Assembly (NCBI RefSeq): GCF_009834535.1
Contig: NC_045707.1
Span: forward strand, 20,274,001 to 20,338,000
DNA from: Camelus ferus
Lineage: Eukaryota
DNA: 64,000 nucleotides
Direction of reading: 5' to 3'
Shown here: piece after piece, positions 34,901-47,530 of the stretch
How the letters are laid out: each line of letters starts with the position of its first letter
Numbering within the stretch: position 1 is the first letter of the stretch
Translations under genes and position numbers: made by a program
The notes under the pieces: generated by a model
Told to the model about the DNA's origin: nothing
Database searches by the model: none
The model's input: the letters and a program-made list of their open reading frames with translations, nothing else

Positions 34901-37849
34901 TAACTTCCTCAACATTCAAAAAATGCTACGAATCCCTATATTTAAAAAGTCAATAGAAAAATGGGCAAATAAGCCAATCATGGAAGAAATACAGATGGCC
35001 AATATGCATATTAAAGATGCTCAATATTACTGATAATTAAAATAATTATAAATTAAAACTGTAAATCAGTTAACTTTTTGTTGCCTATCAGATTGACAAA
35101 CTACAGAGATTGAGAAAACCAAGTGTTAATGAGATTATGAATAAACTGGCACTCAACTGCTGTTAGTTGGAGCATAGATTGGTATTTCATTTTTGGAAGG
35201 CAATTTGGCAACTTTTATCAAAATATCATCAAATTTTATCAAAACATATCCTTTGACGCAGCAATTCTACTTGTAGGAATTTCTCTCACAGAAACACATG
35301 CACGGAGATGCATGTGCAAGGATATTTGCTGAGGTACTCACTAAAACAGCAAAAAATTGGAGACAATCTACAGCCCATTGGGAGGCGAAAGTTATATAAA
35401 TTATGCCAAATCCATGCCATGAAATAATGTGCAGCTATTGAAATCAGAATGAAATCTCTACCTACTAACATGGAAAGTTCTCCAAGACATAGTCAATGAA
35501 AAAAGTCCCAGGCCAATGTATATAGTATGATCATATTTATCTTTGTTTAAAAGTTGTATATGTGTTGTATATGTGTGCATGTGAAAACAGAAAAATGAGT
35601 GCAAATAGAAAACAGTGGTTATCTCTGGGGAAGTATGTGGAATTTGGTGGTGGAGTGGGGAGGGAAGAGGAGACCTGTATGTGAAGACTCATACATTTTA
35701 CTTTTTAAAATCTTTTACAGGGAAAATGTACTGATGCATTATTTGTGTAATTTAAAACAAATAAAATAACTAGTAAAATGTTCATATTCTTTGAGCCAGC
35801 AATTCCACTTCTAGAAATCTCTCCTAGAGAAATTCTCACATCTGTGTGCAGAGATAGACTGCAGCACGGTTTGTAACAAAAGACTGAATGCTACCCAAGT
35901 GTCTATCAATATAGGACTAGTTAAATAAATTACGACATAGTCACACAATGGAATGCTGTTCAGCAATAAAAACAGTGAAGCACACCTGATTGTATTGAAA
36001 TATAATGATAACCAAGATGAACTGTTTGGTTAAAATAAGAAGAAAAACATCAGTAAATGATCTCATTGTTTAAATATATATTAGTATGTATCTAGAGAGA
36101 AATAGAGAGAAATCTAGAGAGAGATCTAGAGAGAAATGGAGGAATAGACTCCTAAACTTCAGGAAGTAGATTACAGGGAACATTCACGTTCTTGGCATCT
36201 ATATCTGAAATGTTTGAATTATTTTTTACCACAAGCATGTATCATTTTTGTAATCAGGAAAAAAAAGATGAAAAAAATAGCTCTTCACTTCCTCACATTC
36301 CATTGATGGTTCAACCTACTGTAATTTGTCTTTCTCCATGCCACCCTGCTGAAGCTCTTTTGGCAAACTTGCCAATAATTCCTGCCAAAAGCAACAGTAT
36401 ATCTTCAGTTCTCATTTTAACTCATGAAACTCCTCACTTGGCCTCTAAAATACCTCTAGGTATCAGAGGACCCACTCTCTTTCTTCTTAGTCTCTGCGGT
36501 GAGCAGAACAACAGCCCCTCAGAGATGTCCGCATCCTAATCTCCAGACTCTGTGAATCTGTTGCCTTAAATGGCAAGACACTTTGTAGATGTGATTAAAT
36601 TAAGGATTTTAAGATGGGGAGATTATCCTGGATTATCTGGCTGGGCCCTAGGTAATCACAGGGCTCCTTATAAGTGAAAGAAAGGCAAGATGGAAGAGTC
36701 ATGGAAGGAGATTTGACAACGGAAGCCAAGGCTGGAATGATAACACTGCTGGTTGGAAGGGGGGCCATGAGATAAGGAATGCAGGCAGCCTCTCATAACT
36801 GGAAAAGGCAAGGCAAGGAATTCTCCCCTAGAGCCTCTAGAGAAAACATGGCCCTGCCAACATCTCAATGCTAGTGTAGTTGAAACTATTTTGGACCTGT
36901 GCCCTCCAGAACTGTAAGAGAATAAATTTGTGTTGTTTTAAGGCATTGTTACAGCAGCAATAGGACACTAATACAGACTCCTTTAATAATTCATCTTCTG
37001 TTCAACCCCTAAATAGGGTGTTTATCAGGATCTGGCTGTCCTTATCTACCTTCTCTTCTTGCCTCTTTCCCTGGTAACTCAACTACTCTGAGGATGTCAG
37101 TTACCTCCTAGGAGCAGATGACTCTCAATCACGTTCTCTCCTAAATTTCTAATATCGATTTCCAACTACCTACCACATAGTTCCATCTGGGTGCTCCACT
37201 GACATCTAGTACATCAACTCAGTACGTCCAAAATTGAACCTATCTTTCTTCCTTAAACTAGTCCTCCACTTGTATTTCCTATTTTAATAAATGGTACCCC
37301 CATCTGCTCATTCCACAAGCCTAGAAGATGTCCTAGACTTGTCCTCAACTCCTCCTGCACAATCCATTAGTTACCAAATGTTGTGGCTTCTACCTTATGA
37401 CTCCACTGATGCACCACTTTTGTGTTCATCATCCCTTGACTAGGCTATTGCAGTTGAGGTCCTGCCTCCTTCCTCAATCCAACCACCATCATGCTCCCAT
37501 AGCCGTATTCTTTTCATCAACCCCTCTTCAAATCTCATCATTTTTTCAATATCAACACAGATTTTCATTAGTCCCATATATATATATATATCATTATTTT
37601 CATGATTCAGATGGAATTAGCAGAAGTTGCTGTGAAAGTCTCATTTGCAGAACACAAAGTGAAGACTCAAAAATTCATGATTTTGAAGTGTCTAATACTA
37701 TAAATGAAAACAAAGTCAGATGTTGAGGATTTAAGAACTGGCCAAAAAAAGTCATATGTTTATATATAAGATTTAAATTATAATATGCAGAGATATCTCT
37801 ACTTTCTGGAATAATATTTTATGTAAGGAGTAATTTTTATTATATAAAG

Positions 37850-37899
<50 letters not shown>

Positions 37900-40800
37900 C
37901 AATTTTTTCTTTTAATTACATCTTTCATGAGTTTAAGAGTTCCCCATGGTTCAAGGATTGCATATTCAAATGTCTCAGTGGCTAGAAAGGTTAAGTGAAT
38001 GAATGGTCAGGAGCTGAGGGAATTGTGGTGAATTGAAGAATACATGACCCACTGCTTAGAAATAACCAAGGTCAGATTAAAAAAGCAGCAAGGTACACAA
38101 TACAATACAAATCATTTCCGTGGACTGTCAGCTTTCAGTCTCCGGCAGGATAAAGTTCACAACGCCTCAGCACAGCATCCATGAACCTCTATAATCTGGA
38201 CCCTGCTCAACTCAGCCCTCCCTCTTCCCATTGCCCACTGTGCACCCCGTGTCCAAGTCACAGAGAATGACGCACACCTTCCCTAATGCACCACTATGTT
38301 GTTTGGTGGCTCCTCTGGACTTACACAACTTTTTCCACCTGGAATACCTTTTGCAGTCCTTAGCAGACCCCTACTCCATACTCTCCTGAGAGATCTCAGA
38401 GCTGGACTCTGAATCCAAGAGCCTCGTTTCCAAGACAACTGCCTCAATTCCAAGACAATCTCACCACACTGATCTCTTTATCTACCAATACCATCCCTTA
38501 AACTCCTTCTCTTTGAAAGAAAATAGAGACTAGAAACTGGAGAGCAGTTAGGAGACTGTTGTAATAGACTTGGGAAAAAAATCATGATGAATCAATGAAT
38601 GACCCCTGATTACAGATGACCCTTGAATAACACTGGGGTTAGTTGGCATATAACATATTCTGCCCTCCATATCCACTGTTTCTCTGCATCCACAGATTCA
38701 CCCAATGGTGGACTGTGTAGTCCTGTAGGATTTACTACTGAAAAATGTCTGCATAGAAGTGGACTAGCGTTGTTCCAGTCCATGTTGTTCAACTGTAACT
38801 GGTTGAATAAATGAATGAATCATGGCCAAGCTCCCTGCTAGCTCCATCACTCAGCATCTGGCTTGGCTCTTACACAACCTTCCTTATTCCCACATTGTCC
38901 TCTCCACCCCCATATTCTTTGATTCTCTGAGTCCTAAGACTTGGGATATTTTTAGATTATGGGGAAGAAGACTGTCACCCCTGGACCCTTCTAGGTTAAG
39001 ACTGTGATCCTTGCTTCTTCCAAAGCTCTCTTCCTTTGGGACAATCCACTTTGGGACCTACTCATCTCTGCCTCTCTTCTCTACCAACCTTTTTTCAACA
39101 CCAGATGCCTAGATGCCTTCTCTATGTGCCTTTCCGTTCCAACCCCTATCCCTCCAGGAAAACAATTTCTAACCACTTACCTCCTCCCCATCTTAGGCAA
39201 CGAGCCAGATCATTTCCAGTGCCCAGGGGCAACACAGCAACAGGAGGCACAAAAGGCAAGTTGGCTTTGTCTGGGGAGGCAGGTGAGGAGTTGAATAGAG
39301 GGAGTTAGCTCTGGAAGGCCACTGCCCCATGCCCTGCCCGGAGCCTCTCCCTTCACTGACCAATGGTCTCCAAAATCCAGCCTACTGTGCCATCTCCACC
39401 ACACACCAAAATCCGGTAATCAGGAACCTCTCTGAAGAATCTGAGTCTAAGACAAAAGGCGAGAGAGAAGATGAGGAAGGACAACAGGACTGAGGCTACC
39501 CAACTCCTGGACAGGCAGAGTACTTCTTGTCTCTCATTCCTTACAACCCCCTTCCCCTTCGTCAAAAGACTTGTTTCTATTAAGGGCAGAGAAAAAGTAC
39601 AATGGGGAAGTTATAGCCATTCCTCAGTGGTGAGGGAGAGATTGGCATCTCCATCCTTTGAGAGCAGAACAAAGATAAGCCGGAGAATTCAGAAGTTGGG
39701 ATACCCAGTTAGAGCAGCATTCGGAAGTCTGGTTTCTTGGCTCCCCTAGCCCTCCCCTCTCAACATGTACCCTTTCCTGCTCTCTTCCAACACCGACAGG
39801 CAGAAACAAGCAGACACTGTGACACAGCCCCTAACTACACTCACCCTGGCTCAGGACCATCCTTTAGGAGGTTGAACACCTGTCGAGGGTTTAGTAGATA
39901 CTGAAATTTCCAGAGCACCCTGTGTGGGGAAAAAGGAAAGATCATGGCAGGGGATATTCTGTACCCCACTCTCTTGATGCCCTCCTCAAGGTATGTCCCT
40001 TTCATACACACAGATTCCCAATGTCTCCACCTTAGAAGACCCAGTATATCTCCTCACCTCTCCCCTTGCTTCCCGCCACTCTTGGGGTTGACAAAGACCA
40101 GAAGTGGGTGAGTGTTAGAAACAGGGTCAATCTGCATTGAGGGAAGAAAACATTGAGGGATAAGGAAAGCAGACTTTTGTCAGAGTTGGGATGGGCCCTG
40201 GAGACAGGGGCAGAGGCTGGCATTCTCAAGAGGCTTTCCCCTCCCCTACCAGGTGGGGCTTCTGCAGAGTAGGCACCATTCCCCAGGCTTCCCACTTCAT
40301 CCCCTCCCATGAGGGCTCTAGTGAAGAAAAACTGGCCCCCAAGACGAAACTCAAGCCTCTAACCCCTTACCCGCAGAGCCTCAGAGGGGCTCAAATTTAT
40401 ATCATCTATAGTCTTCTGGCTTGTTTTGCTAATTTTACGCTCCTGTCCAGAGACCTAGGAAGGGAGTGAAACAGAAGGAAGAAAAACTGGATTGTATGAA
40501 TCCATAAGCAGATGAGGGTCTGACTTGAATCCTAAAAGTACAGGCTTTCTGCTCTAAATGGCACTGTGTGTATGCATGTGTGTTTAAATTAGGGGAGCAC
40601 TCCTGTCCTCTCCCAGCCGCTGCCCAAGGGTCTCACCAGGACGCCGGGATAGATGGAAGATGGAGGCAGGATGTGATCACGGAGCAGCCCACAGTCACAC
40701 TCAGGGCCCATGGCTGGCAGGCAGTCATCATGGATCTGAAACACAGAGTAGGCATGGAGAGATGGTGGAGGGAATCCTGTCACCTCTCAACTTGGGGTCT

Positions 40801-43800
40801 GGTACTGACAGAGAGCCCTTGGGAGTAGGGCAACTGTGACAGTAGGGGAGACATGCTGCTGGAGGAGGCCACTGGAAAGAGGGCAGCTTAGGGAGGGGCC
40901 CCAAAGCAAGGCTGGAGGGGTAGCTCCCAAACTGACCTCTAGATGGCACCACACACAATGCAGGCCAACCAGACTGTGATAGATTCGGATCTTTTTCTGA
41001 CAGCGGTCACATCTCCCAGATTCACAGCCTCCTCGCACCCACACGTGTGCCTGGACCTTGGGGAAGAAGGCAATCTCTTGTCTGAGAGGGTCTGAGCAGG
41101 GACTCCGGGAAGGGCTGAGGGCAGCAACGAGCCAAGAGCCAGGGCCAGGGCCAGGATGCTGGTGGTGACTGGGTGGGCATGGCGTCACTTACACCAATGT
41201 CCTTCCGAGACTTGGCATAGGTGCTGACTTCACAGGGCAGGGCCCTCATGGCGCACTGGTCGTGAACGACGTATTTACAGACTAGGTGAGAGGGAAGAAG
41301 GTCAGAGCCTTCGCTGCAGCCCCTCCTCCCTCTTTACCTGGGGGTGAGGCAAGATCACTTACTGAAACGATACATATAACCCCTTGCTCTGAGGGTATGG
41401 TAGGAAAGTTTGGGGTGGGGGCTCACCTCCCACACTTGTGCCTTTTGCTCACTCTTCCCCCTCAAAGAGCAATTGCTACCCCACACCCAGTCCCACTCAA
41501 CTGATGTGCCAGGAGCTGAACTGGATGATGTAAAGGAGGCCCAGATAGAACAACAACAACAAAAAGAATAACAGTAGCCAATTTTTATTGCAGACTTAAT
41601 AGTGTGTACATGCACTGCATGAGGCACTTTTCTTGCATCAACTTATGTAATGCTCACAATTACCTCATTTTCAGTCAAAGAAACTAAGACTTAAAGAGGT
41701 TATGTGGCTTCCCCAAGGTCACATCACTAATCAGTGGCAGAGCCTGGGATTCAAACCCAGGTCTCTCTAAGTTCAGAGTGCTGTGTTCCCATAGACAGCT
41801 GGGCTACCCCTCTGCTCCCATGCCCTGAGGTCCCATCACTCACGGTTACAGCTCAGCCCCTGTTTGCCAAGACCAATGCTCGATTCGCATAGGTTGCAGT
41901 AGATGGGTCGGGGGAACCTCTTGGGTCTCCACATGTGCTGCCCATTGTCCTTCAGGGTCTGGGAGGGCACAGCAGATGCTGGGGAGTGTCTAAGCTCTTA
42001 GAGGGCCAACCTCTGGCAAGCACAACCCAAGGCAACAGTCTTACTCACCCTCACAAGTCTCCCCTACTCACCATCTCCAGACCCAGCAGCACTAGCAAGG
42101 GCACAGTGGTGGCCCCAGCCCGGAGCCACTCAGCTAGCGAGACGGAGCCACTGCCATCATAGTCAATCTCTTTCATCATCTCCTGAAGAATCTGAACAGA
42201 GAATGGAGGTGAGGGGACTTTTGGTATGAGTAGTCCCTCAGATCTGACACTTCTCCATTGCCCCCTAGGACACCCAGCTTAGCCATCCTAGCCAAGGGCA
42301 CCAGCCTGCCTGTCAGTGATGAGGTAAGGGAGACGTGGGACTCATCAGGGAGAAGGTACAAGAAGGGCCATGCAGGAAGAGTTGCCTTACCGGCCTCAGC
42401 TCAGACACGTCCCAATCCAGGTATTCAGCCACTCGCATCATCTGTATGATGATTTTGTCCACTTCCTGGGGGCCAAGAGGGTAAGAGCCACAGCCATATC
42501 TCCCCTCATTACCAGCATCCAAACTCTTCTCTAGAAATCAGGGCTTCTAAGTTCCACCCGCAGACCCCCTCTAATCCTCAGGTGCCTCTGTCAAGTAAAT
42601 GAGTGTCTATGTGTGTTTGTATGTGTGCAAGGCAGCCCCCAATTCATGTCTCCAGCATCCTCTTTTGGGAGTCAAGAGCTTGGGACCTACTCCCAAATTT
42701 AGCCCTAAAGGACTCAACTTCTCCCTCTAGCTTCCTCTGCTTCTTAAGATCCTGGAAGAGTTGGGAACAGGAGGGCACAGACAAATGGACACATACTCCC
42801 TTGCCCAGCATACAGGTCCCCCAACTCACTGAGCTGTCCAGGATCCCATTTCTGTCCGTGTCGTACAGCTTGAAGGTGACTGTGGGGTGTTTCAGGGGGC
42901 CAGGGTCAGTTTGTGAGGAATACCCAGAGAATTCATAACAGAATACAGGGAAAACAAAGAGATAAGGAAGGACATTTTGGATGAACAACCAGGACTTGGG
43001 GCTGAGACTGAGACAGGAGACAAACAGGGAGGGGAAACAGGCCTGGATGCTACCCTGGGTGAACCTGACAGGGGAGACAGTAGACACCTCCCACATCCCA
43101 AGAACATCCCAGGCCACCCACGTGAAAATATACAAGACATGGGGACTGGGGTGACTATGGTGGATGGCATTACGTATAAGGAGTCTGGGGGAAGAGAGGA
43201 AATGGGCCCATTCTCTGGCCCCACCTTTGTCTGGCCCTGTCAGCCTTTAGGAGTCCTGAAAAAATGAGGGAAGGAAGGCTGGGGAATACCTTCTCTCCCT
43301 TCACCTTTCCTCCCCTCTCCCAGTTCTGAATGGCAACTCACATTCTAGCTTGTCTTCCGGCCGGCCACCCTCCAGAAGGGAAAAGTAGCAGGAGACATCG
43401 CTGAGACACACCACATCTGGGTACAAAAATTACAGCAGATCTGAGGTTGCAGCTGCCTCCGCTCTTGCTCTTCTCTTTTCCCTTGTTCGTTCCAACTCTT
43501 CCCTTTAACTTTCCTCCCTCCAGCTCCTAGACCCGTCTGGCCACCCTCCACCTCTCTCCTCTTACCCTGCCCCCAACATGTGACTCAATTCAACTCTCAC
43601 CCCAGAACTCACACTTAATTTGTTCTTCCAGAGGCCCAGCCCAGTCCCACCTACATGACCATACCTTGTTTTACAGTCTCTTCTAAGCAGTAACCGGTCT
43701 GGAAGGATTGAAACAGTGCCTCGCTTATGTGACTGGGAACATTATCCACCTCCAGATAGATTTTCAGGAATTGCTGGAATCCCTCATACCCAATGGCCTA

Positions 43801-44699
43801 CGATGAGAGCAGGCATTACCCTGGGGGAGTCTACAGGATGGGAGTTGGGGACTGACGAATCAAGAGTGGTGGGGACAGTGACAATAAGTGCAGAGTTGAG
43901 AAGCAACCAAAGTGGGAATATGGTTTCTTGGGCTAAGGTCTGAGTTAATGGAATCTCTTGTTTTGTCCCAAAGCAATAGCTGCCATGACAGTGGGCACTG
44001 GGGAATCTAGAGAGAGGACAGCAAGGGTTGGGCTCAGAATAATCCCTGGAAGTTGGGCATCCCAATGCAGTAGCAAAAACAAAGATGGGAGGAGTTGGGG
44101 ATGGAGAGGATTTCCCAGCTGCCACTCACATCTCCTTGGAGATATTCAGCCATTTCACCATCCTCAAAGAGTTTTAGGACATCACTGACCTTTTTGGTGG
44201 AGTCTAGGGTGTGAAGAGAGTGAGAGTAGAGCATTAGTCTGGTTCAGTTCTCCCTGTCCTCTGCTAGATTCTTGCTGAGACATCCAAAAGGAAAGAAGTT
44301 TCCAGTGACAAGAAAAAAGAAGAGATTCCAAAAAGAAACTCAGAAATACAGAGAGAAAAACAGTTCAGATCCTCCAAGGTGGTTGCCTTCTTTACTTCTT
44401 TTCTCTGAGACTTGGAGCCAGAGGTCAAGGTTCAGAGAAGGTGGGAAGAGAGCTGAGACCCCAGGCATCTCCCCATTTCCCTCTCCTCTCCTCCCCTCCC
44501 CAGCCAGGCAGATCTCAGCAGCACACTGTCTCAAGGCCGCTAGAGAAAATAGGGGGTGTTGGGTGGGAATGAGGAGGAGAAGGGATTCTTTAACAGTGAG
44601 GTCCCCAGAACTGAAGGGCTGAGAGGAAGACTCACATTCCATGTATGTTTGCAGCTGGGCAAAATCACTGGGGCTTATTAGGCCCCTCTCCTTGGCCAT
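31847..44699 (-). CDS. DGKA: Diacylglycerol kinase alpha, whole CDS span (734 aa, 23 coding exons)
   Basis: Exon lengths 64+74+133+75+50+75+120+115+89+120+99+84+74+75+86+90+161+65+91+199+121+61+84 = 2205 nt; all GT-AG with consistent phases. RVH domain, two EF hands, two C1 domains, catalytic GGDG and C-terminal GPPPRS are present. Confidence 0.98.
32195..32255 (-). CDS. DGKA: DGKA coding exon 22
   Basis: [21 protein letters not shown]. Confidence 0.96.
32444..32564 (-). CDS. DGKA: DGKA coding exon 21
   Basis: [40 protein letters not shown]. Confidence 0.96.
32672..32870 (-). CDS. DGKA: DGKA coding exon 20
   Basis: [66 protein letters not shown]. Confidence 0.96.
33154..33244 (-). CDS. DGKA: DGKA coding exon 19
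   Basis: [31 protein letters not shown]. Confidence 0.95.
33444..33508 (-). CDS. DGKA: DGKA coding exon 18
   Basis: [21 protein letters not shown]. Confidence 0.95.
33760..33920 (-). CDS. DGKA: DGKA coding exon 17
   Basis: [54 protein letters not shown]. Confidence 0.96.
34160..36270 (+). mobile_element. Degraded old LINE-1 (L1M type; ORF2 3' part and 3'UTR)
   Basis: A-rich, with L1 hallmarks such as cccagaaatagac, cttacactaaaataaattcaagatgg, gacgcagcaattctacttgtaggaat, caagtgtctatcaataggactagttaaataaatt; no intact ORF. Confidence 0.7.
36290..37500 (+). mobile_element. LINE-2 fragment (split by the MLT1 LTR)
   Basis: Pyrimidine-rich L2-like motifs on both sides of the LTR (gatgactctcaa, ttccaact, tccaaaattgaac, ccattagttaccaa). 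Confidence 0.5.
36495..36975 (+). mobile_element. MaLR (MLT1-type) solo LTR inserted in an L2 fragment
   Basis: TG...CA termini, MLT1 hallmarks (gatgtgattaaattaaggat, gagattatcctggattatc, aataaatttgtgttgttttaag), 5-bp TSD gtctc/gactc. Confidence 0.8.
37853..37896. repeat. (TA)22 microsatellite
   Basis: Direct read. Confidence 0.9.
38613..38795. mobile_element. TcMar-Tigger (Tigger2-like) non-autonomous DNA transposon
   Basis: TA|CAGATGACCCTTGAATAACAC ... GTTGTTCAACTG|TA terminal inverted repeats with TA target duplication. Confidence 0.7.
39181..39270 (-). CDS. DGKA: DGKA coding exon 16
   Basis: [30 protein letters not shown]. Confidence 0.96.
39361..39446 (-). CDS. DGKA: DGKA coding exon 15 (catalytic GGDG)
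   Basis: [29 protein letters not shown]. Confidence 0.96.
39845..39919 (-). CDS. DGKA: DGKA coding exon 14
   Basis: [25 protein letters not shown]. Confidence 0.95.
40058..40131 (-). CDS. DGKA: DGKA coding exon 13
   Basis: [24 protein letters not shown]. Confidence 0.95.
40371..40454 (-). CDS. DGKA: DGKA coding exon 12
   Basis: [28 protein letters not shown]; phase 0/0, AG/GT boundaries. Confidence 0.9.
40637..40735 (-). CDS. DGKA: DGKA coding exon 11
   Basis: [33 protein letters not shown]. Confidence 0.95.
40937..41056 (-). CDS. DGKA: DGKA coding exon 10 (C1b)
   Basis: [40 protein letters not shown]. Confidence 0.95.
41193..41281 (-). CDS. DGKA: DGKA coding exon 9
   Basis: [30 protein letters not shown]. 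Confidence 0.95.
41844..41958 (-). CDS. DGKA: DGKA coding exon 8 (C1a)
   Basis: [38 protein letters not shown]. Confidence 0.95.
42072..42191 (-). CDS. DGKA: DGKA coding exon 7 (EF hand 2)
   Basis: [40 protein letters not shown]. Confidence 0.95.
42391..42465 (-). CDS. DGKA: DGKA coding exon 6
   Basis: [25 protein letters not shown]. Confidence 0.95.
42830..42879 (-). CDS. DGKA: DGKA coding exon 5 (EF hand 1)
   Basis: [17 protein letters not shown]. Confidence 0.95.
43342..43416 (-). CDS. DGKA: DGKA coding exon 4
   Basis: [25 protein letters not shown]. Confidence 0.95.
43665..43797 (-). CDS. DGKA: DGKA coding exon 3
   Basis: [44 protein letters not shown]. Confidence 0.95.
44130..44203 (-). 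CDS. DGKA: DGKA coding exon 2
   Basis: [25 protein letters not shown]. Confidence 0.95.
44636..44699 (-). CDS. DGKA: DGKA coding exon 1 (exon spans 44636-44783)
   Basis: [21 protein letters not shown]. Confidence 0.95.
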
Positions 44700-45079
44700 C
44701 TTTCTTTTTTTCCTAAGGATGGCTGCAAAGGCAGCTTGGTAGTAGTACTTCCGGTGCCTGCACCTCCGCTTCCAAAGGTAGGTCTGGAGGAAGGTAACAA
44801 AAGCATGTGGCAGGACTAGCCAGCTGTCTGTTCCTCTTTGCTTCCAGCTACTCTGGTCATTTTCCACTGCTACTATAATTTCTGTTCTTTCCTTGTCTCT
44901 GAGTCCCTCCCTAAGTCTCTTCCTTTCCCTGTGTTCCTCTCCCCTATGTCTCTATCTCTCATTGACAGTGTCTGTCCTCTGTCTCTGTTTCTCTGACTCA
45001 TCTCTGACTTTCTCTCCAACATTTGTGGATCCCTCTCCAGCTCTCTGATTTCTCCCCTAATTTGATTCATCCCTGACCA

Positions 45080-45490
45080 CCCTCGCCTCCCCGCGCCCCA
45101 GCCCCGCGTTCCCAGGCTGTATGTGTCTCTGTGAGCGTGTCCCTCTCCTGCTTCTACCTTTTCTCCCTCCACCCCCAGTCTCTGCGGTCTCTGCCGGGCC
45201 TGCGCTCCGTCCCATCTCCCTTCGGATCCCGCGGTCCCGGCCCTCCGGCGGTTCTCACTGAGATGGCGGAACGCCTCCCTGGCTGCGACCCCATCTTGCT
45301 CCGCCTCCAGCCTCGGTCCCCAGCCCCGGTCCCCAGCTCCGCTCAGCCACCCACTCCCAGAGCCACCCACGCCCCGCAACGACCTCTAGCGCTTCTGACG
45401 CGCGCGACACAGAACCAGCTCTCGCCGGGTCCGGCCCGGCCCCGCCTCGCCTCCGCCCTGCAGAGCTCCACAGGGGAAGGGCGGGGACCC
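45080..45490 (-). promoter_or_regulatory. DGKA: CpG island just upstream of DGKA coding exon 1 (alternative promoter or enhancer)
   Basis: CpG-rich, with GC boxes, an EGR-like GCGTGGGTG (45364-45372, minus) and a donor TCA|GTGAGA at 45259. Confidence 0.6.
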
Positions 45491-47530
45491 AGGCAGAGAG
45501 GTTGGGAGGAGGCAGGGGAGGAAGGCGCTGAGCATCTGCCTGGCTTCTCAGTTCCAGGAGGGTTGTGCTGAGGGCGGGAGTCTCTGATGCTGGGTTCCTC
45601 CTTCCATTCCGCTAGGTTAGCAGTGTTTGGGGACCCCCAACTTCCCACTATGGGACTCAGGGACCAAGGAGGGGCCACCATGTGGATCAGGCTGACCACT
45701 GACCCAAGGGCCAGGTTGCAGAGGGCAACTTGCCTTGAGGATTCAATAACAGCAATAACAATAATATCTTACAGTATTACAGTACAGCACCACTTTGGAG
45801 TCAAACAGAACTGGGGTTAGTCATATTTGGGCCCCATTCTTAGCTCTGATACCACTGTGGAACTTGGGCAAATTACATCTATAAAATGGGGAGAATGATA
45901 CCCAATTTCATAGTTGCAAGGATTAAGTGAAATAACGTATGAAAAGTACCTAGTATAATGCCTGGCATATAGAAGACTTACAAGGAATGGTAGCTATTAT
46001 TGTATTAACAAGTAAAATCAAATTCTAGGAGGGAATTATTGGTATAGCCATCCTACAAATGAAGAAATGGGAGCTCAAAGAGGCTGGGACTTCCCAAGGC
46101 AGGTGATAAGCGGAGGAGCCAAGGCTCTAACCCCAAAACTGCATGACGGGGTTCACGCCTGTCTCTCTGTCCTCCTCTTGTTCCACTGTCCCCTTCACAC
46201 ACTGCCTTCTAGTCTCACTACCCTCCTTTCTCTTCCGCAAGCATGCCAAATCCTTTCTGCTCAGGGCCATGACACTGACTGTTCTGTCTGCCTGGAACAC
46301 CCTTCCCTACTCTTGGCAGAGCTGACTTCTTGCCTAATCTCAAATGTCAGCTCCTCCAGGAGGACCTCCCTGATCATTCTGTCGTAAGTTGCCCCTCTCC
46401 TTTGCACAGCATCCTCCTTTGATTCCTTCTGGGAGCTTATCACAAGTGGAAATTGTCTTGCCAATGCATTTGCTTCTTTATTTATTGTTTGTTCTCTCCT
46501 ACCAAAATGTAAGTTCCACAGGGCAGGGACTTGTCAGTCTTTTTTCACCACTGGATCCCCAATACCTAATGCCCATCTTGTTGCAAATGTTCCATACTGG
46601 TTGTGCAAATAGTTGTGTAAAGTTAAGGAATCATATTTGGGGACCATGAATCAAAATATGGTTAAATGGGATGCCAGAGTATCCATCCTGACAATCAGGG
46701 GAATATGAGACAATCTGGAGCACATACAGTAGGTGCTAAATAACTATTTGTTAAATGAATAAATGATGCTAGAAAGTACTTATTGTGGTACTCCACCCAA
46801 GGCTCTGACCTTCTATCTCCCTTCTGCCCATTTATTGAGGGTTGTTGGGTCAGGCTTAAGGAGGCAGTTAGGGCCTTCTAGAATTTCCTTTCTGATGATG
46901 CAAGAACCTTCTCTGTAGCCTCTGCCCTTGGGACATCTTTGCTGCTCACTGCTGTGTAGTATACTATTCCCGTTCTGGAGGCTCTCTGGGAACTCTTAGA
47001 AGGGGGTTCTGGGACACTGATATTCTGGAGAAAGGACTCCACCCTTCTGGCCCTTTCAATGACTATAATCCAACTTCTACTGCCAATGGATCTAATGAAT
47101 ACATAATAGTCTTATGGCTAATGGGGCCTGTATGGCTTAATTAGCCTCTCTGATTACCCCTGGGGATTCTTAGATGGCTCCAAGCTTCTAGGAAATGGAA
47201 TCTGAGAGAGAAAGTGACAGGGAGAGAGCAAAAAAGGACAAACAGGAGAGAGGACACAATACTTCTTTCTTGCCTCTCTTTTCACAATAACCTTCCTAGC
47301 CCCCTAGATCTTAAATGTAGTATTCAGTAGAAGTTAAGAGAATGGACTTTTGAATTAGATAGGCGTGGATTGGAATGCTAGCTCTTGGGTGAGTTATTTC
47401 ATCTCCCTGAAATTCTTTCCTCACTGGTAAAATGGGTGTCTAGACAAATTAGTCACAAATTGGGGATTAATAAGGTAATACACGCAATATACTCAGCAAA
47501 TTGCATGGCACAGAGAAAGAAGGCAATGAA

